DNA of 44,501 nucleotides from a bacterium (GCA_050125095.1 JASFEA010000007.1:1-44501), one strand, 5' to 3'; shown: positions 1-9,033, counted from the first letter of the stretch. The notes: a model not told the origin generated them from the letters alone. Translations and numbers: made by a program.

Positions 1-714
1 CAGGGCGTAAAGCTTCTGCTCGGACGAACGAGACTCTATACGGGCTTCGGTAAGCTCGCTTCTTGCGTCCAGGTACTCCTGCTCGGATGTGATCTCCTTC
101 TCCCAAAGGTTCTTCTCACGCTCGAAGTTGGACTCAGCCAGCGTGAGCCTTTCCCGCGCAGCCAGGTAGTCTACCCTGGCGTCGGCCAGGTCATTGCTCT
201 CGATCACCGCCAGCACATCGCCCCTCTCCACGGCATCGCCCAGGGTCTTCAGGACTTCGGTAACAATCCCGGGGACTCTGGGTACCATGTGGGCGAGGAG
301 GTCCCCGTTGATGCGGACCTCTCCCGGGATCACGATCTCTCGATCAAGCCAGCCCGGCCCCGCTAAGGCCATCGAGACCCCGCACTCCTCGAGCTCCCGC
401 TCGCTGAGGCGAACCAGCGGGCTCCCGCTCTCATGCCCATGGTCCTCATGCCCTTCTTCATACGAAGGAGCGGCCGCACTCGCTTCGGCCGCGCCGTGGT
501 CTTCCTCAGAATGCGCGCCCTCATCTGCATGCGTGTCCTCATCTGCATGCGCGTCCTCATCTGTATGCGGGTCGTGATCGTGATCGCACACCTGGTCTTC
601 GGCCCGGGCGCTCACCTCGGCCTCAGCCTGCCCGCCCCCGCAACCCTGAATGAGGGCAAGGGCGGCCGTGCCTGCGACAATCACGAGAAGCATGGTCAAT
701 TGCTTGACTCTCAT
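1..714 (-). CDS. czcB: CzcB/CusB-like RND efflux periplasmic adaptor (partial, runs off the left edge)
   Basis: Not in the ORF track; translated by hand from ATG 714, which overlaps the TolC stop (ATGA). Signal peptide and lipobox (LIQGC), His/Asp/Glu-rich N-terminal region, then IPGEVRINGDLLAHMVPRVPGIVTEVLKTLGDAVERGDVLAVIES (lipoyl-like half) and an alpha-hairpin. Open to position 1. Confidence 0.88.
   Translation of the reverse strand, partial: MRVKQLTMLLVIVAGTAALALIQGCGGGQAEAEVSARAEDQVCDHDHDPHTDEDAHADEDTHADEGAHSEEDHGAAEASAAAPSYEEGHEDHGHESGSPLVRLSERELEECGVSMALAGPGWLDREIVIPGEVRINGDLLAHMVPRVPGIVTEVLKTLGDAVERGDVLAVIESNDLADARVDYLAARERLTLAESNFEREKNLWEKEITSEQEYLDARSELTEARIESRSSEQKLYAL
511..564. 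repeat. Three 18-bp tandem units in czcB encoding H(T/A)DE(D/G)(A/T)
   Basis: atgcgcgccctcatctgc / atgcgtgtcctcatctgc / atgcgcgtcctcatctgt, with a degenerate fourth unit at 565-582. Confidence 0.9.
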
Positions 715-2099
715 TGTTCCCCTCCGCTGTTGTTTTCTTCTTCGCCATTGAGCCCTTCTCCGATGATTCGTTCGATCTCCGTCACGGCCTGGTGGTAGGC
801 CTCGAGGGCGTCCAGGTACTGCGCCCTCACGTCGAAGAGCGTGCGCTGGGAGTCCAGCACGTCAAGATAGGTGAACTTGCCCTGCCTGTAGCCCTCGCCG
901 GTAGCTTCAAACGCGCGCTCGGCGCCGGGAAGCACCGTCGCCCCGAGGGACCTGGCCTCTACATACGAGGTCGCCAGCGACTGGTAGGCCTGTGCCATCT
1001 CCGCCGCAACGCCTATCTCCGTCGCCCTGCGATCTTCCCTTGCGCGGGCAAGGTTGCACTCGGCCTCCCGGACGCCGCCCTGATTCCTGTCGAACACGGG
1101 TATCTCGAAACCCAGAGCAAGGATGTAGGTGTCCAGGCTGGATTCGACATCCCGCGCCACGCCCACGCCCAATTCGAGGTCCGGGATGCGAAGCGACTTC
1201 TCCAGGTCAAGCACCGCCTGGTGCATCTCGATTTCCGTGCCCCATCTCGCAAGCTCCGGGCCCCGACCGGCGCGGCTCATGATATCTTTCAGGGCCGGTA
1301 TCTTCTCGACCTGCGTTAGGTCGCCCCTCACCTCTCCAAACCCGGGCCTCCCGCCGCCCCAGGTCGCAGCCAGGGCCCTCCTCGAGGCCTCGAGGTCGTT
1401 CCTCACCCGCTCGACCTCGATTTCCGTGGAAGCGGCCTCGACAGCGGCCCTCGTCTCCTCAAGGGGCGAGACCTTGCCCGCCTTGACCCGCTCCGAGACA
1501 ACCTCGAGCACGATCTCGGACAGCCGGTGGGACTCTTGGGCAACGATGAGTCTCTCCTGGTTTGCCAGCACGGCGATGAAGGCTGAGGCGGCCCCGGCGA
1601 AGACATCCAGGCGTCTTGCTTCGTACTCCCAGCCCTCCAGATCGCGCTCCAGGAGCGCCACCTGCGTGCGCTTGCCGCGCTTGCCTCCTATCTCGAGAAC
1701 CTGCCCGAGCCTAAGGGTCGCTTCGGCCCCGTCCAGGCCGGCGACCTCGCCGACCCCGCCGAACTGCTCGAGTTCCACCTCGATCCCGGGATTGGGGATC
1801 CGACTGGCCTGGAGCGCGCGTGCGTCCGCGGCTCTCACCGCCCAGGAGTAGCCCGCGAGTTCGGGATTGCCCATGAGCGCAAGACCGAGGACTTGCCTGA
1901 GCGTGAGGTCACCGGCAGGCTCAGCCACCCGCGGTGCGGCCTCATGTTGCTTTTCCGGTTTTTCGGGAGCCATGTAGACCTCAAGTTCGCTCCCCAGCGG
2001 ACGCGGCTCGGGAAATCCCGTACCGCCGCCCCGCCCGGCGCACCCGGCGATCGCCAGCACCGCAAGCGTTATTGCAAGTAAGAGATGCTTATCTCGCAT
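711..2099 (-). CDS. czcC: TolC-family outer membrane channel (CzcC-like), lipoprotein
   Basis: Lipobox IAGC; OEP motifs PNPxIEVE, LEIGGKRGKR, IPVFDRNQG, YRQGKFTYLDVLDSQRTL. Start ATG 2099 follows an AGGAGG RBS. Confidence 0.92.
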   Translation of the reverse strand: MRDKHLLLAITLAVLAIAGCAGRGGGTGFPEPRPLGSELEVYMAPEKPEKQHEAAPRVAEPAGDLTLRQVLGLALMGNPELAGYSWAVRAADARALQASRIPNPGIEVELEQFGGVGEVAGLDGAEATLRLGQVLEIGGKRGKRTQVALLERDLEGWEYEARRLDVFAGAASAFIAVLANQERLIVAQESHRLSEIVLEVVSERVKAGKVSPLEETRAAVEAASTEIEVERVRNDLEASRRALAATWGGGRPGFGEVRGDLTQVEKIPALKDIMSRAGRGPELARWGTEIEMHQAVLDLEKSLRIPDLELGVGVARDVESSLDTYILALGFEIPVFDRNQGGVREAECNLARAREDRRATEIGVAAEMAQAYQSLATSYVEARSLGATVLPGAERAFEATGEGYRQGKFTYLDVLDSQRTLFDVRAQYLDALEAYHQAVTEIERIIGEGLNGEEENNSGGEQ

Positions 2100-2179
2100 A
2101 CAAACCTCCTGCCTCCACATATGAAGTTAATCCTCGCACCCGGGCCGGGTGCAGAGTCAAACAAGTGGGAACTGATTAC

Positions 2180-2635
2180 CTAGATTACGATCACTACGCT
2201 GCGCAGAATCCGCAGCGTGGATCTCGCCAGGTGACTGGCGCCGGTGTAATCGGAGCATCGGACAGGTGAAGAACCGACGTCACTGTCTATGGGCTCGCAG
2301 ACGCAGCAGGATGCGGTCGGGCTCTTAGAGGAGCCCTGTTCATCAGGAACCTGCTGGGCGTCCGACGATGACGATACGGGAATATCGAGACATGGTCTCG
2401 AGCAACCGCGAGGCAGGGTAAGGCAGGAATTCTTCTCATAAGACCCCGACCCGTGATGATGCACGGCGGAGAGTAGGCCGGCACAGTGGCCTCCGGGGAC
2501 TTCCTTCACCGCCACGCGGCCGTCTTCCCCTACACAGAGGACGACGCCATGGGGGAAGGCGAGGCCGGGAGCGATATAGGCCGCAATAATCGCAAGGGCC
2601 GCCACCCTGATAATCTTGTCTGCGGATTTCCTCAT
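2180..2635 (-). CDS. Cys/His-rich exported hypothetical protein leading the czc operon (CzcI-like position)
   Basis: Signal/TM segment, VLCVGEDGRV, HC, HHH, CxxxxxC, CCVC; lies between a strong promoter and czcC; GAGGAGAGG RBS. Confidence 0.7.
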   Translation of the reverse strand: MRKSADKIIRVAALAIIAAYIAPGLAFPHGVVLCVGEDGRVAVKEVPGGHCAGLLSAVHHHGSGSYEKNSCLTLPRGCSRPCLDIPVSSSSDAQQVPDEQGSSKSPTASCCVCEPIDSDVGSSPVRCSDYTGASHLARSTLRILRSVVIVI

Positions 2636-2692
2636 GCCTCTCCTCTCTTAATGCCCCTGTCCGGGCCCGCGCCGGGCCGGACCCTGTATTAG

Positions 2693-2721
2693 ATAGTAAC
2701 ATACTTACCTTTTAATGTCAA
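2693..2721 (-). promoter_or_regulatory. Sigma70-type promoter for the czc operon
   Basis: Minus strand TTGACA (2721-2716), 17 bp, TACTAT (2698-2693). Confidence 0.75.
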
Positions 2722-2820
2722 GCCGGCTCTACGGGGCCCCAGGCCCGTATTCACTCAATCTGAGGCCCCCGGAGGTCGATATATCGGGCATAAGTCACGC
2801 CGTGACAAAGGGGAATGTGC

Positions 2821-3717
2821 ATGCTCATTGATTCGGTTCTCGAGGCGCTTGGAAAGACCCCGCTCATACGGCTCACGGCCATGTCATCGGGCAATGTCTT
2901 CGCCAAGGCCGAATTCATGAATCCCGGCGGCAGCGTCAAGGACCGCGTGGCCAAGCACATCATCGACATGGCCGAGAAGGAAGGCAAACTCAAGCCCGGG
3001 ATGACTATTATAGAGGCAACCTCGGGCAACACCGGCATAGGCCTCAGCCTGGTGGGCGTCCAGAAGGGCTATAAAGTCGTCTGCATCATCCCCGAGAACA
3101 TGAGCGAAGAGCGCAAGAAGATCATACACGCCCTGGGCGGCGAGACCATGTTGACGCCCGCCGAGGAGAGCCTCGACGGCTGCCTCGCCAAGGTGGATGA
3201 GCTCGTCAGGGCCGAGCCCGACAAGTATTTCATAGCGGGCCAGTTCGTGAACCCCCACAATCCGGAGATCCACTACCAGCAGACCGGCCCCGAGATATGG
3301 GAAGACACGGGGGGCGAGATCGACGTCTTCGTCGCCGGAGTGGGAAGCGGCGGCAGCGTGCAGGGCATCGGCACATTCCTTAAGGAGAAGAACCCGGACG
3401 TCAAAATCGTAGCCGTCGAGCCCAAGAACAGCGCCGCCCTGCTGGGGCGCGAGCCCGGGCTCCACCAGATACACGGCATCGGAGACGGCTTCATACCCGC
3501 CGTTCTCGACGTTGAGCTCGTGGACATGGTGATGACCGTCTCGGATGAGGAAGCCATACAGACGACCCGCAGGCTATCAAGAGAAGAGGGCCTGCTCGTG
3601 GGGACCTCATCGGGCGCAAACGTCTTCGCCGCGCTTCACATGGATAACGGCCACAACAAGGTCGTCACAATACTGCCCGACCGCGCCGAAAGGTACTTCA
3701 GCACGGCGCTGCTCTGA
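2821..3717 (+). CDS. cysK: Cysteine synthase (O-acetylserine sulfhydrylase)
   Basis: NPGGSVKDR PLP-lysine motif, EATSGNTG, AGVGSGGS, IHGIGDGFIP, GTSSGAN, PDRAERYFST. Start may be 2815. Confidence 0.93.
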   Translation: MLIDSVLEALGKTPLIRLTAMSSGNVFAKAEFMNPGGSVKDRVAKHIIDMAEKEGKLKPGMTIIEATSGNTGIGLSLVGVQKGYKVVCIIPENMSEERKKIIHALGGETMLTPAEESLDGCLAKVDELVRAEPDKYFIAGQFVNPHNPEIHYQQTGPEIWEDTGGEIDVFVAGVGSGGSVQGIGTFLKEKNPDVKIVAVEPKNSAALLGREPGLHQIHGIGDGFIPAVLDVELVDMVMTVSDEEAIQTTRRLSREEGLLVGTSSGANVFAALHMDNGHNKVVTILPDRAERYFSTALL

Positions 3718-3735
3718 GCCCGGAGAGCCGGCATC

Positions 3736-4368
3736 TCACTGCATCGGGAATTCCCTGATCTCCGCAATAAGCCACCAGTCTTCATCTGCAGGGTCCCGGA
3801 CTATTTCAATATCGAGAAATGTGAATTCCACCGCGTAGACGCCGGGCTCGCAGGCGAGCCCGTCTGCTGCCACCACCTGTTTGAATTCCGCCCAGGTCAC
3901 GGGAGTGATGCCCAGCGTCCCGGGCTCTCCCACCTCTATCCGGACATCAGACTCCAGCCTGAAAAGCAGGCCCCCCTCGGTCGCCCAAGGCCCGTTGGTT
4001 ATGACGATACTCATATCGATGCCGGTAACGCACTCATGCTCGAAGAGCTTCCGGGCTGCCGCCAGGTCATCCTGTCTTGTCAATGAAACAGCAGAATCCT
4101 CTTCGCCACCCGTAAGTGAAAGAGAGTGCGTATAGCCGTCGGTCAGACACGATGCATACTTGTCGATGTCCTTGCGCTCATATGCGTCGGCCCAGAACAT
4201 CATCATTGTCTCAGGTGTGGGCGGCACGGGAACACCGATGGGATCCTTTGTCACTTCATCACCACCGCACCCGGGGAGAAGCGCAGAAAGGGTAAAGGCC
4301 AGCACGGCCAGGCATATAACCCCGATGGAGATCCGTCTTTCGCAGCTCCTCGATTTCCCAACCCTCAT
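3736..4368 (-). CDS. Hypothetical lipoprotein (possible NTF2/SnoaL-like fold)
   Basis: Lipobox LLPGC; AYERKDIDKYASCLTDGY and a C-terminal WWLIAEIRE pattern typical of NTF2-like folds. Start may be 4383. Confidence 0.6.
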   Translation of the reverse strand: MRVGKSRSCERRISIGVICLAVLAFTLSALLPGCGGDEVTKDPIGVPVPPTPETMMMFWADAYERKDIDKYASCLTDGYTHSLSLTGGEEDSAVSLTRQDDLAAARKLFEHECVTGIDMSIVITNGPWATEGGLLFRLESDVRIEVGEPGTLGITPVTWAEFKQVVAADGLACEPGVYAVEFTFLDIEIVRDPADEDWWLIAEIREFPMQ

Positions 4369-4511
4369 TTCACAACGCCCCATATATGATTATAACACGC
4401 TGCCAATCCCATTGACCAGTTTAACGTTATGCACCTGCCAGAGCAGAGCCACGAGGCTTTCTAATCCCTACCATTGACCCCATCCGGCCATTCGTGATAC
4501 ATCTCTTCTGT

Positions 4512-5111
4512 ATGGAGACCAACACACCGAACCGCAGGACCGGAACCCTCATCCTGATCGTCCTCATTCCCCTGATTCTGGTGGCGGCCGTACTGGTCGC
4601 CTCCCCCTCTGACTACATGCTGTATACAGCCATCCGGGGCGCTGCGATGCTGGGCTATATCTATGTCTTCCTGACCTGCCTATCGTCGGCCTTCGTCGTT
4701 GAACTCAGTAAGTTCTTCGGCAGGCCCTACATGAAGACCCATCACCTTGTAGCCATCATGGGCCTCACGCTCATTACAATACACGGCGCCACCGTCGCCT
4801 GGGACTCCCTGAGCGCCGCAGTGCTGCTTCCGCGCTTCGAATCGCCCGAGGGCTTTCTCATGTGGGGCGGCCCCCCCGCCTACTGGCTCATATGGGTGGC
4901 CGTAGTGGCGGCGGGCTTAAGGATGGCGCTCGGAGCGCGCTGGCGAATGCTCCACTGGCTCAATTACATAGCCTTTCTACTGGCGACCGCGCATGCGCTC
5001 ATGATAGGCGGCGACTTCGAGCGGCCCCTTCTCAGGTGGGGCGCCACCGGCATGGCGCTTGTCGTGATCGCGGTATTCTTAAGAAAGCGTCTGGCCGATG
5101 TGAGAAGATAG
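4512..5111 (+). CDS. Ferric reductase-like / MsrQ-like heme b membrane protein
   Basis: About 6 TM segments; paired His (KTHH..IHG, WRMLHWLNY..AHAL). Confidence 0.78.
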   Translation: METNTPNRRTGTLILIVLIPLILVAAVLVASPSDYMLYTAIRGAAMLGYIYVFLTCLSSAFVVELSKFFGRPYMKTHHLVAIMGLTLITIHGATVAWDSLSAAVLLPRFESPEGFLMWGGPPAYWLIWVAVVAAGLRMALGARWRMLHWLNYIAFLLATAHALMIGGDFERPLLRWGATGMALVVIAVFLRKRLADVRR

Positions 5112-5162
5112 TCCCGCCTCTGGGTATTGCAGCCCCGGGACACAACAGCAAGGAGTGAAACG

Positions 5163-5735
5163 ATGAAGGTAGTTGCATTCAACGGAAGCGCGAGGAAGGA
5201 CGGCAACACGGCGGCCATGATAAGGACGGTCTTCACGGAGCTCGAGAAGGAGGGCATCGAGACCGAGCTCTACCAGATGGCCGGCAAGAAGATCCAGGGA
5301 TGCATCGCGTGCTACAAGTGCTTCGAGAACAAGGACGGCCGCTGCGCCGTGACGGGCGACATCGCCAACGAGTGCATTGAAAGGATGGCCGGGGCCGACG
5401 GCATCATACTCGGGACGCCCACGTATTTCGCAAACGCCAGCCCGGAGATCATGGCGCTCGTCTGTCGCGCCGGGTTCGTCGCAATGGCCAATGACTCCAT
5501 GCTCAGGCGCAAGGTGGGCGCGGCCGTGGTAGCCGTGCGCCGGAGCGGGGCCAACCACGCCTTCAACTCCCTCAATCACTTCTTCTTCATAAGCCAGATG
5601 ATAGTCCCGGGCTCAAGGTACTGGAACATGGGGGTGGCCCGGGAAGTGGGGGATTTCGAGAAGGACAAGGAAGGCATACGCACCATGGAGGTCCTGGGGC
5701 AGAACATGGCCTGGCTTCTTAAGAAACTCTCCTGA
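5163..5735 (+). CDS. Iron-sulfur flavoprotein (flavodoxin / NADPH-dependent FMN reductase family)
   Basis: NGSARKDGNT FMN loop, CIACYKCFENKDGRC (CX2CX2CX7C), GTPTYF, RRSGA; AAGGAG RBS before ATG 5163. Confidence 0.9.
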   Translation: MKVVAFNGSARKDGNTAAMIRTVFTELEKEGIETELYQMAGKKIQGCIACYKCFENKDGRCAVTGDIANECIERMAGADGIILGTPTYFANASPEIMALVCRAGFVAMANDSMLRRKVGAAVVAVRRSGANHAFNSLNHFFFISQMIVPGSRYWNMGVAREVGDFEKDKEGIRTMEVLGQNMAWLLKKLS

Positions 5736-5793
5736 AACTTGAACAAACGTGGCCCCTCATTCGTAGTCTATGGTGGAGAAAGGAGTGTGAACC

Positions 5794-6150
5794 ATGGAAA
5801 AACACATTACGCTGGTGGCCGCGTTCCATATCGCGTTCGGCCTCATATTCCTCATAGCCGGAATAGCCATCTCCACTATACTGACGGGCATCGGCTTCCT
5901 CTCGGGTGAGGCGGAGGCCATGACCGTCCTGGCTACGATTGCGCCCATCATAGGATTTTTCCTCGCCATCATAGGCGTGCCCATGATCATCGGCGGCTGG
6001 GGGCTGCTTAAGAGGCGCTCCTGGGCGAGGATACTAATCATCATCGTCTCGATTTTCGCCCTGTTCAAGATCCCCGTGGGAACGGCGATAGGAGTCTACT
6101 CTATCTGGGCGATGCTACAGGACGAGACCGTAGAGCTGCTTAACCAGTAG
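5794..6150 (+). CDS. Small integral membrane protein of unknown function
   Basis: 3-4 TM segments, GWGLLKRRSWAR and IPVGTAIGVYSIW motifs; AAGGAG RBS. Confidence 0.75.
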   Translation: MEKHITLVAAFHIAFGLIFLIAGIAISTILTGIGFLSGEAEAMTVLATIAPIIGFFLAIIGVPMIIGGWGLLKRRSWARILIIIVSIFALFKIPVGTAIGVYSIWAMLQDETVELLNQ

Positions 6151-7495
6151 GCTTGCCTATGGAGCCGAGGACCCGGCCCAGGACCGCATGCGCCGCGAAA
6201 CCTCCTGCGAAGTAGGCAAGCGCCAGGGCCCCGAACACGCCGGCGAGACCGTAGAGGCGGGATCCCAACATGGCAAGCGGGACGTAGACCACGAACATCT
6301 GCCCCAGCGCAAGCGCGGACGAGTGAAGCGGGCGGTTAAGAGCATTCAGGGAAGCCGACGCTACCATGAGCACGCCCTGCAGGCCATACGCCAGGGGCAC
6401 TATTCTGAGGTAGGTGACTATGGTTGCCACTACGTCGGGGTCGGCATTGAAGAGCGTGGCTATGGGCCGGGCGGCTACGGCAAACACCACGAACATGAAA
6501 GCCCCCCACGCCAGGGCGAGCACCTCGGCCGATCTTGCGCCAAGGCGCAGGCGCGCGTGATTGCAGGCACCCCAGTTCTGTCCCATGAAGGGCATGAGAA
6601 CCGAGCCCAGCGCCACCACCACCGTGAAGGCGAAGAACTCGATGCGTGACGACACGCCGTATCCCGCGACGGCCGGCGTGCCGTAGGCCGAGACCACACG
6701 GGTGATGTAGCCGATCGCCAGGGGGACGACGATGCGCGTGCCCGCCGTGGGGAGACCTATATAGAGTATGCGCCCCCATGACCGGAGTACGTCCCGGACT
6801 CTCGGAATCGTCCTCGTGAGCATCTTGTCCCTATGACCCAGAACGTAAAGAGCTACGGAGAACGTCGTCGCCCTGGATATAACCGTGGCGAGCGCCGCGC
6901 CCTCTATCTCAAGCCTCGGGAAGGGCCCTATTCCGAATATGAGAAGCGGGTCGAGACCGGTGTTGACCAGGGCCGCTATCACCATGATGAGCGCCGGGGT
7001 CTTGACGTCCCCGGTGGCCCTTATGGCATTGTTGCCGATCATGGGTACGACGACGAACACCACGCCGAAATACCATATGCGCATGTACCTGGCGACCAGG
7101 GGGAGCACCTCTTCCGTCGCGCCCAGGAAGCGGAAGATGGGCGCTATGGTGAGGAGGCCTGCGATCACGAAGCAGAGCACCGTGAGCAGGGCGAGGACAA
7201 GGCTGTCCGTCGTGAGCCTTCTTACCTGGTCGGCGTTTCCCTCCCCTATCGCCCGCGATATTACGGCCGATGCCCCGACACCCAGACCCAGCGCCACGCT
7301 CTGCACGACGAGGATGACCGGAAGCGTGAAACTCAGTGCCGCGAGTTCATTTGTCCCGAGCTTCCCGACGAAATACGTGTCGACGAGATTGAAGGCGACG
7401 ATGCCTATCATGCCGAAGGTCATGGGAAGAGTAAGGCGTATGAGCGTCGTCGTTATCGGCCCTGCGGTGAAGACGGCTCCGTCGCGTTTCGGCAT
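6140..7495 (-). CDS. MATE family efflux transporter
   Basis: NLVDTYFVGKLG, LDPLLIFG, IEGAALAT, GQNWGA; about 12 TM segments. Confidence 0.95.
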   Translation of the reverse strand: MPKRDGAVFTAGPITTTLIRLTLPMTFGMIGIVAFNLVDTYFVGKLGTNELAALSFTLPVILVVQSVALGLGVGASAVISRAIGEGNADQVRRLTTDSLVLALLTVLCFVIAGLLTIAPIFRFLGATEEVLPLVARYMRIWYFGVVFVVVPMIGNNAIRATGDVKTPALIMVIAALVNTGLDPLLIFGIGPFPRLEIEGAALATVISRATTFSVALYVLGHRDKMLTRTIPRVRDVLRSWGRILYIGLPTAGTRIVVPLAIGYITRVVSAYGTPAVAGYGVSSRIEFFAFTVVVALGSVLMPFMGQNWGACNHARLRLGARSAEVLALAWGAFMFVVFAVAARPIATLFNADPDVVATIVTYLRIVPLAYGLQGVLMVASASLNALNRPLHSSALALGQMFVVYVPLAMLGSRLYGLAGVFGALALAYFAGGFAAHAVLGRVLGSIGKPTG

Positions 7496-7522
7496 CTGAC
7501 CTCCCCGGCGACCATATTAAAC

Positions 7523-7553
7523 AAAAAGCGCCGGGATTTCCACCCGGCGCTTT
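7523..7553 (-). terminator. Intrinsic terminator after the 7581-8189 gene
   Basis: 11-bp stem aaagcgccggg / cccggcgcttt with a 7-nt loop, followed by a U-run on the minus strand. Confidence 0.8.
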
Positions 7554-7580
7554 ACGCAATACAATGGAGGTGAGGTAATG

Positions 7581-8189
7581 CTATCTGAACATGGCCTTGA
7601 CGCCGCCCCAGGTCATGGGCTGAACGGCGACGCCGCCGCCCGGGGGACCCTCATAGGGATCGACATTAAGGCCCGCATTGAAGATGCTCTCGGGTTCGGA
7701 AGTCTGGAAGGCGCAGTTGGAGGTTTTGAGCAAGTGCTGAGTTATCTCCACCTCTCCGTCGGATACGGGCGCAAGCCATGTCCAGGCTACGGGCCAGTAC
7801 CGGGGCCTGGCGTCGCTTCTCTGGCAGGTCTGCCAGGTAATGGACATGCCGTCGCCCGGATCGCTGATGCTGCCGATGGAGAGGTCCGCGCAATGATAGG
7901 TGAAGGCGCTCCCCCAGTCCTGGGGCCACCTGAGCCCGAACTCGACGCCTGTTAACGAATCGTAGGAGAAGATGACGAAGAAGACATCCACGTCCGTGTA
8001 TGTGTCCCAGACGCGTTTGAAATCGGCCCTGTCCGATATCGAAGGCATGTTCTTGCTGCACGTTCTCGTCTCATGCGCTTCGACATGGAGGACGACTTTG
8101 AGATTCTGGTTGTCGGGGGCCGTCGACCCATAAGCCACCGGCGCCGGGGCCAGAATAACCGCGAGCGCGATCAGCATTCCTGCCTTCAT
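7581..8189 (-). CDS. Secreted hypothetical protein with C-terminal TWGGVKAMFR motif
   Basis: AAGGAG RBS before ATG 8189; signal peptide MKAGMLIALAVILAPAPVAYG; beta-rich body with 4 Cys. Confidence 0.75.
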   Translation of the reverse strand: MKAGMLIALAVILAPAPVAYGSTAPDNQNLKVVLHVEAHETRTCSKNMPSISDRADFKRVWDTYTDVDVFFVIFSYDSLTGVEFGLRWPQDWGSAFTYHCADLSIGSISDPGDGMSITWQTCQRSDARPRYWPVAWTWLAPVSDGEVEITQHLLKTSNCAFQTSEPESIFNAGLNVDPYEGPPGGGVAVQPMTWGGVKAMFR

Positions 8190-8350
8190 CAGGTTCTCCT
8201 TATCACCGCGGGACCGGCCTACAGGTCCGGTCTTCCTTACAACCATTTTTCGGCAGGCTTTGCCGATTCTGGAGGTTTTTCGGGGAAATCAGATGTAGGC
8301 ATATTTCCAGCTTCCGCGTGAAACTGGTCCCGGTCGAGCGGACGTCCTCT

Positions 8351-8953
8351 CTAGCGGTAAAGGGCCTTCACATTACCCCATGTGCTCACTTCGATGGCGC
8401 TTACTCCGGTCTCGCAACTGGGCAGCGGTCCCGTCAGCGTCCCGTATTCGGACTCGCCCGAGAATTTGATGGCCAGATAATCCACCCAGGTCCCGTAGAC
8501 CGGGGCAGCTACCGAGTAGTAACACAGATACGCCGTTCCCTCCGTGCTGGGCTCGCAACCACCCTCATACGGCTCGAACTTGATCAGGGGGCCATAGATG
8601 GGTATCGACGGGTCCCCCTCGCACTCGAAATAGCCGTAATAGAGGACCGTGCAGGGGTCCTCCCCATAGACACCGGGCCCGGTTCCGACAGTGTCCTCGA
8701 ATACGAAATAGCCTGGAGTGCACAGGCACGGGCAGTCTTCGAGCATTGTGAGCAGGAAATCGAGATGACTTACACCGTGGGGTAAGTTGGACCAGGTCAC
8801 CTCATAGCAGTACTTCCAGTATCCCTCATGACCGGGTTCGGTGGCCAGCCAGGCCGAGCCCGAGGCGGATAGGTCAGGGGACCCATAGGCCGAGGATACC
8901 AGCAGGACAGCCACAATACCGCAGAAAGTAAGATAATTAGCAATTCTGGTCAT
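8351..8953 (-). CDS. Secreted Cys-rich hypothetical protein with C-terminal TWGNVKALYR motif
   Basis: AGGAGG RBS; signal peptide ending SSAYG; 8 Cys in the mature region. Confidence 0.78.
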   Translation of the reverse strand: MTRIANYLTFCGIVAVLLVSSAYGSPDLSASGSAWLATEPGHEGYWKYCYEVTWSNLPHGVSHLDFLLTMLEDCPCLCTPGYFVFEDTVGTGPGVYGEDPCTVLYYGYFECEGDPSIPIYGPLIKFEPYEGGCEPSTEGTAYLCYYSVAAPVYGTWVDYLAIKFSGESEYGTLTGPLPSCETGVSAIEVSTWGNVKALYR

Positions 8954-9003
8954 GGCTCTGCCTCCTAGGCGGGCACTGGCTCTGCGCCCGCTCGTCTAAG
9001 ACG

Positions 9004-9033
9004 ATCATATCACAATTATATGCACATGGTCAA
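9004..9033 (-). promoter_or_regulatory. Promoter for the TWG-motif gene(s)
   Basis: Minus strand TTGACC (9033-9028), 18 bp, extended -10 TGnTATGAT (9012-9004). Confidence 0.55.

Noticed and set aside
363-798. Repetitive ORFs (MRTRMQ..., LICMRV...)
   Set aside because: Alternative frames of the 18-bp repeat inside czcB
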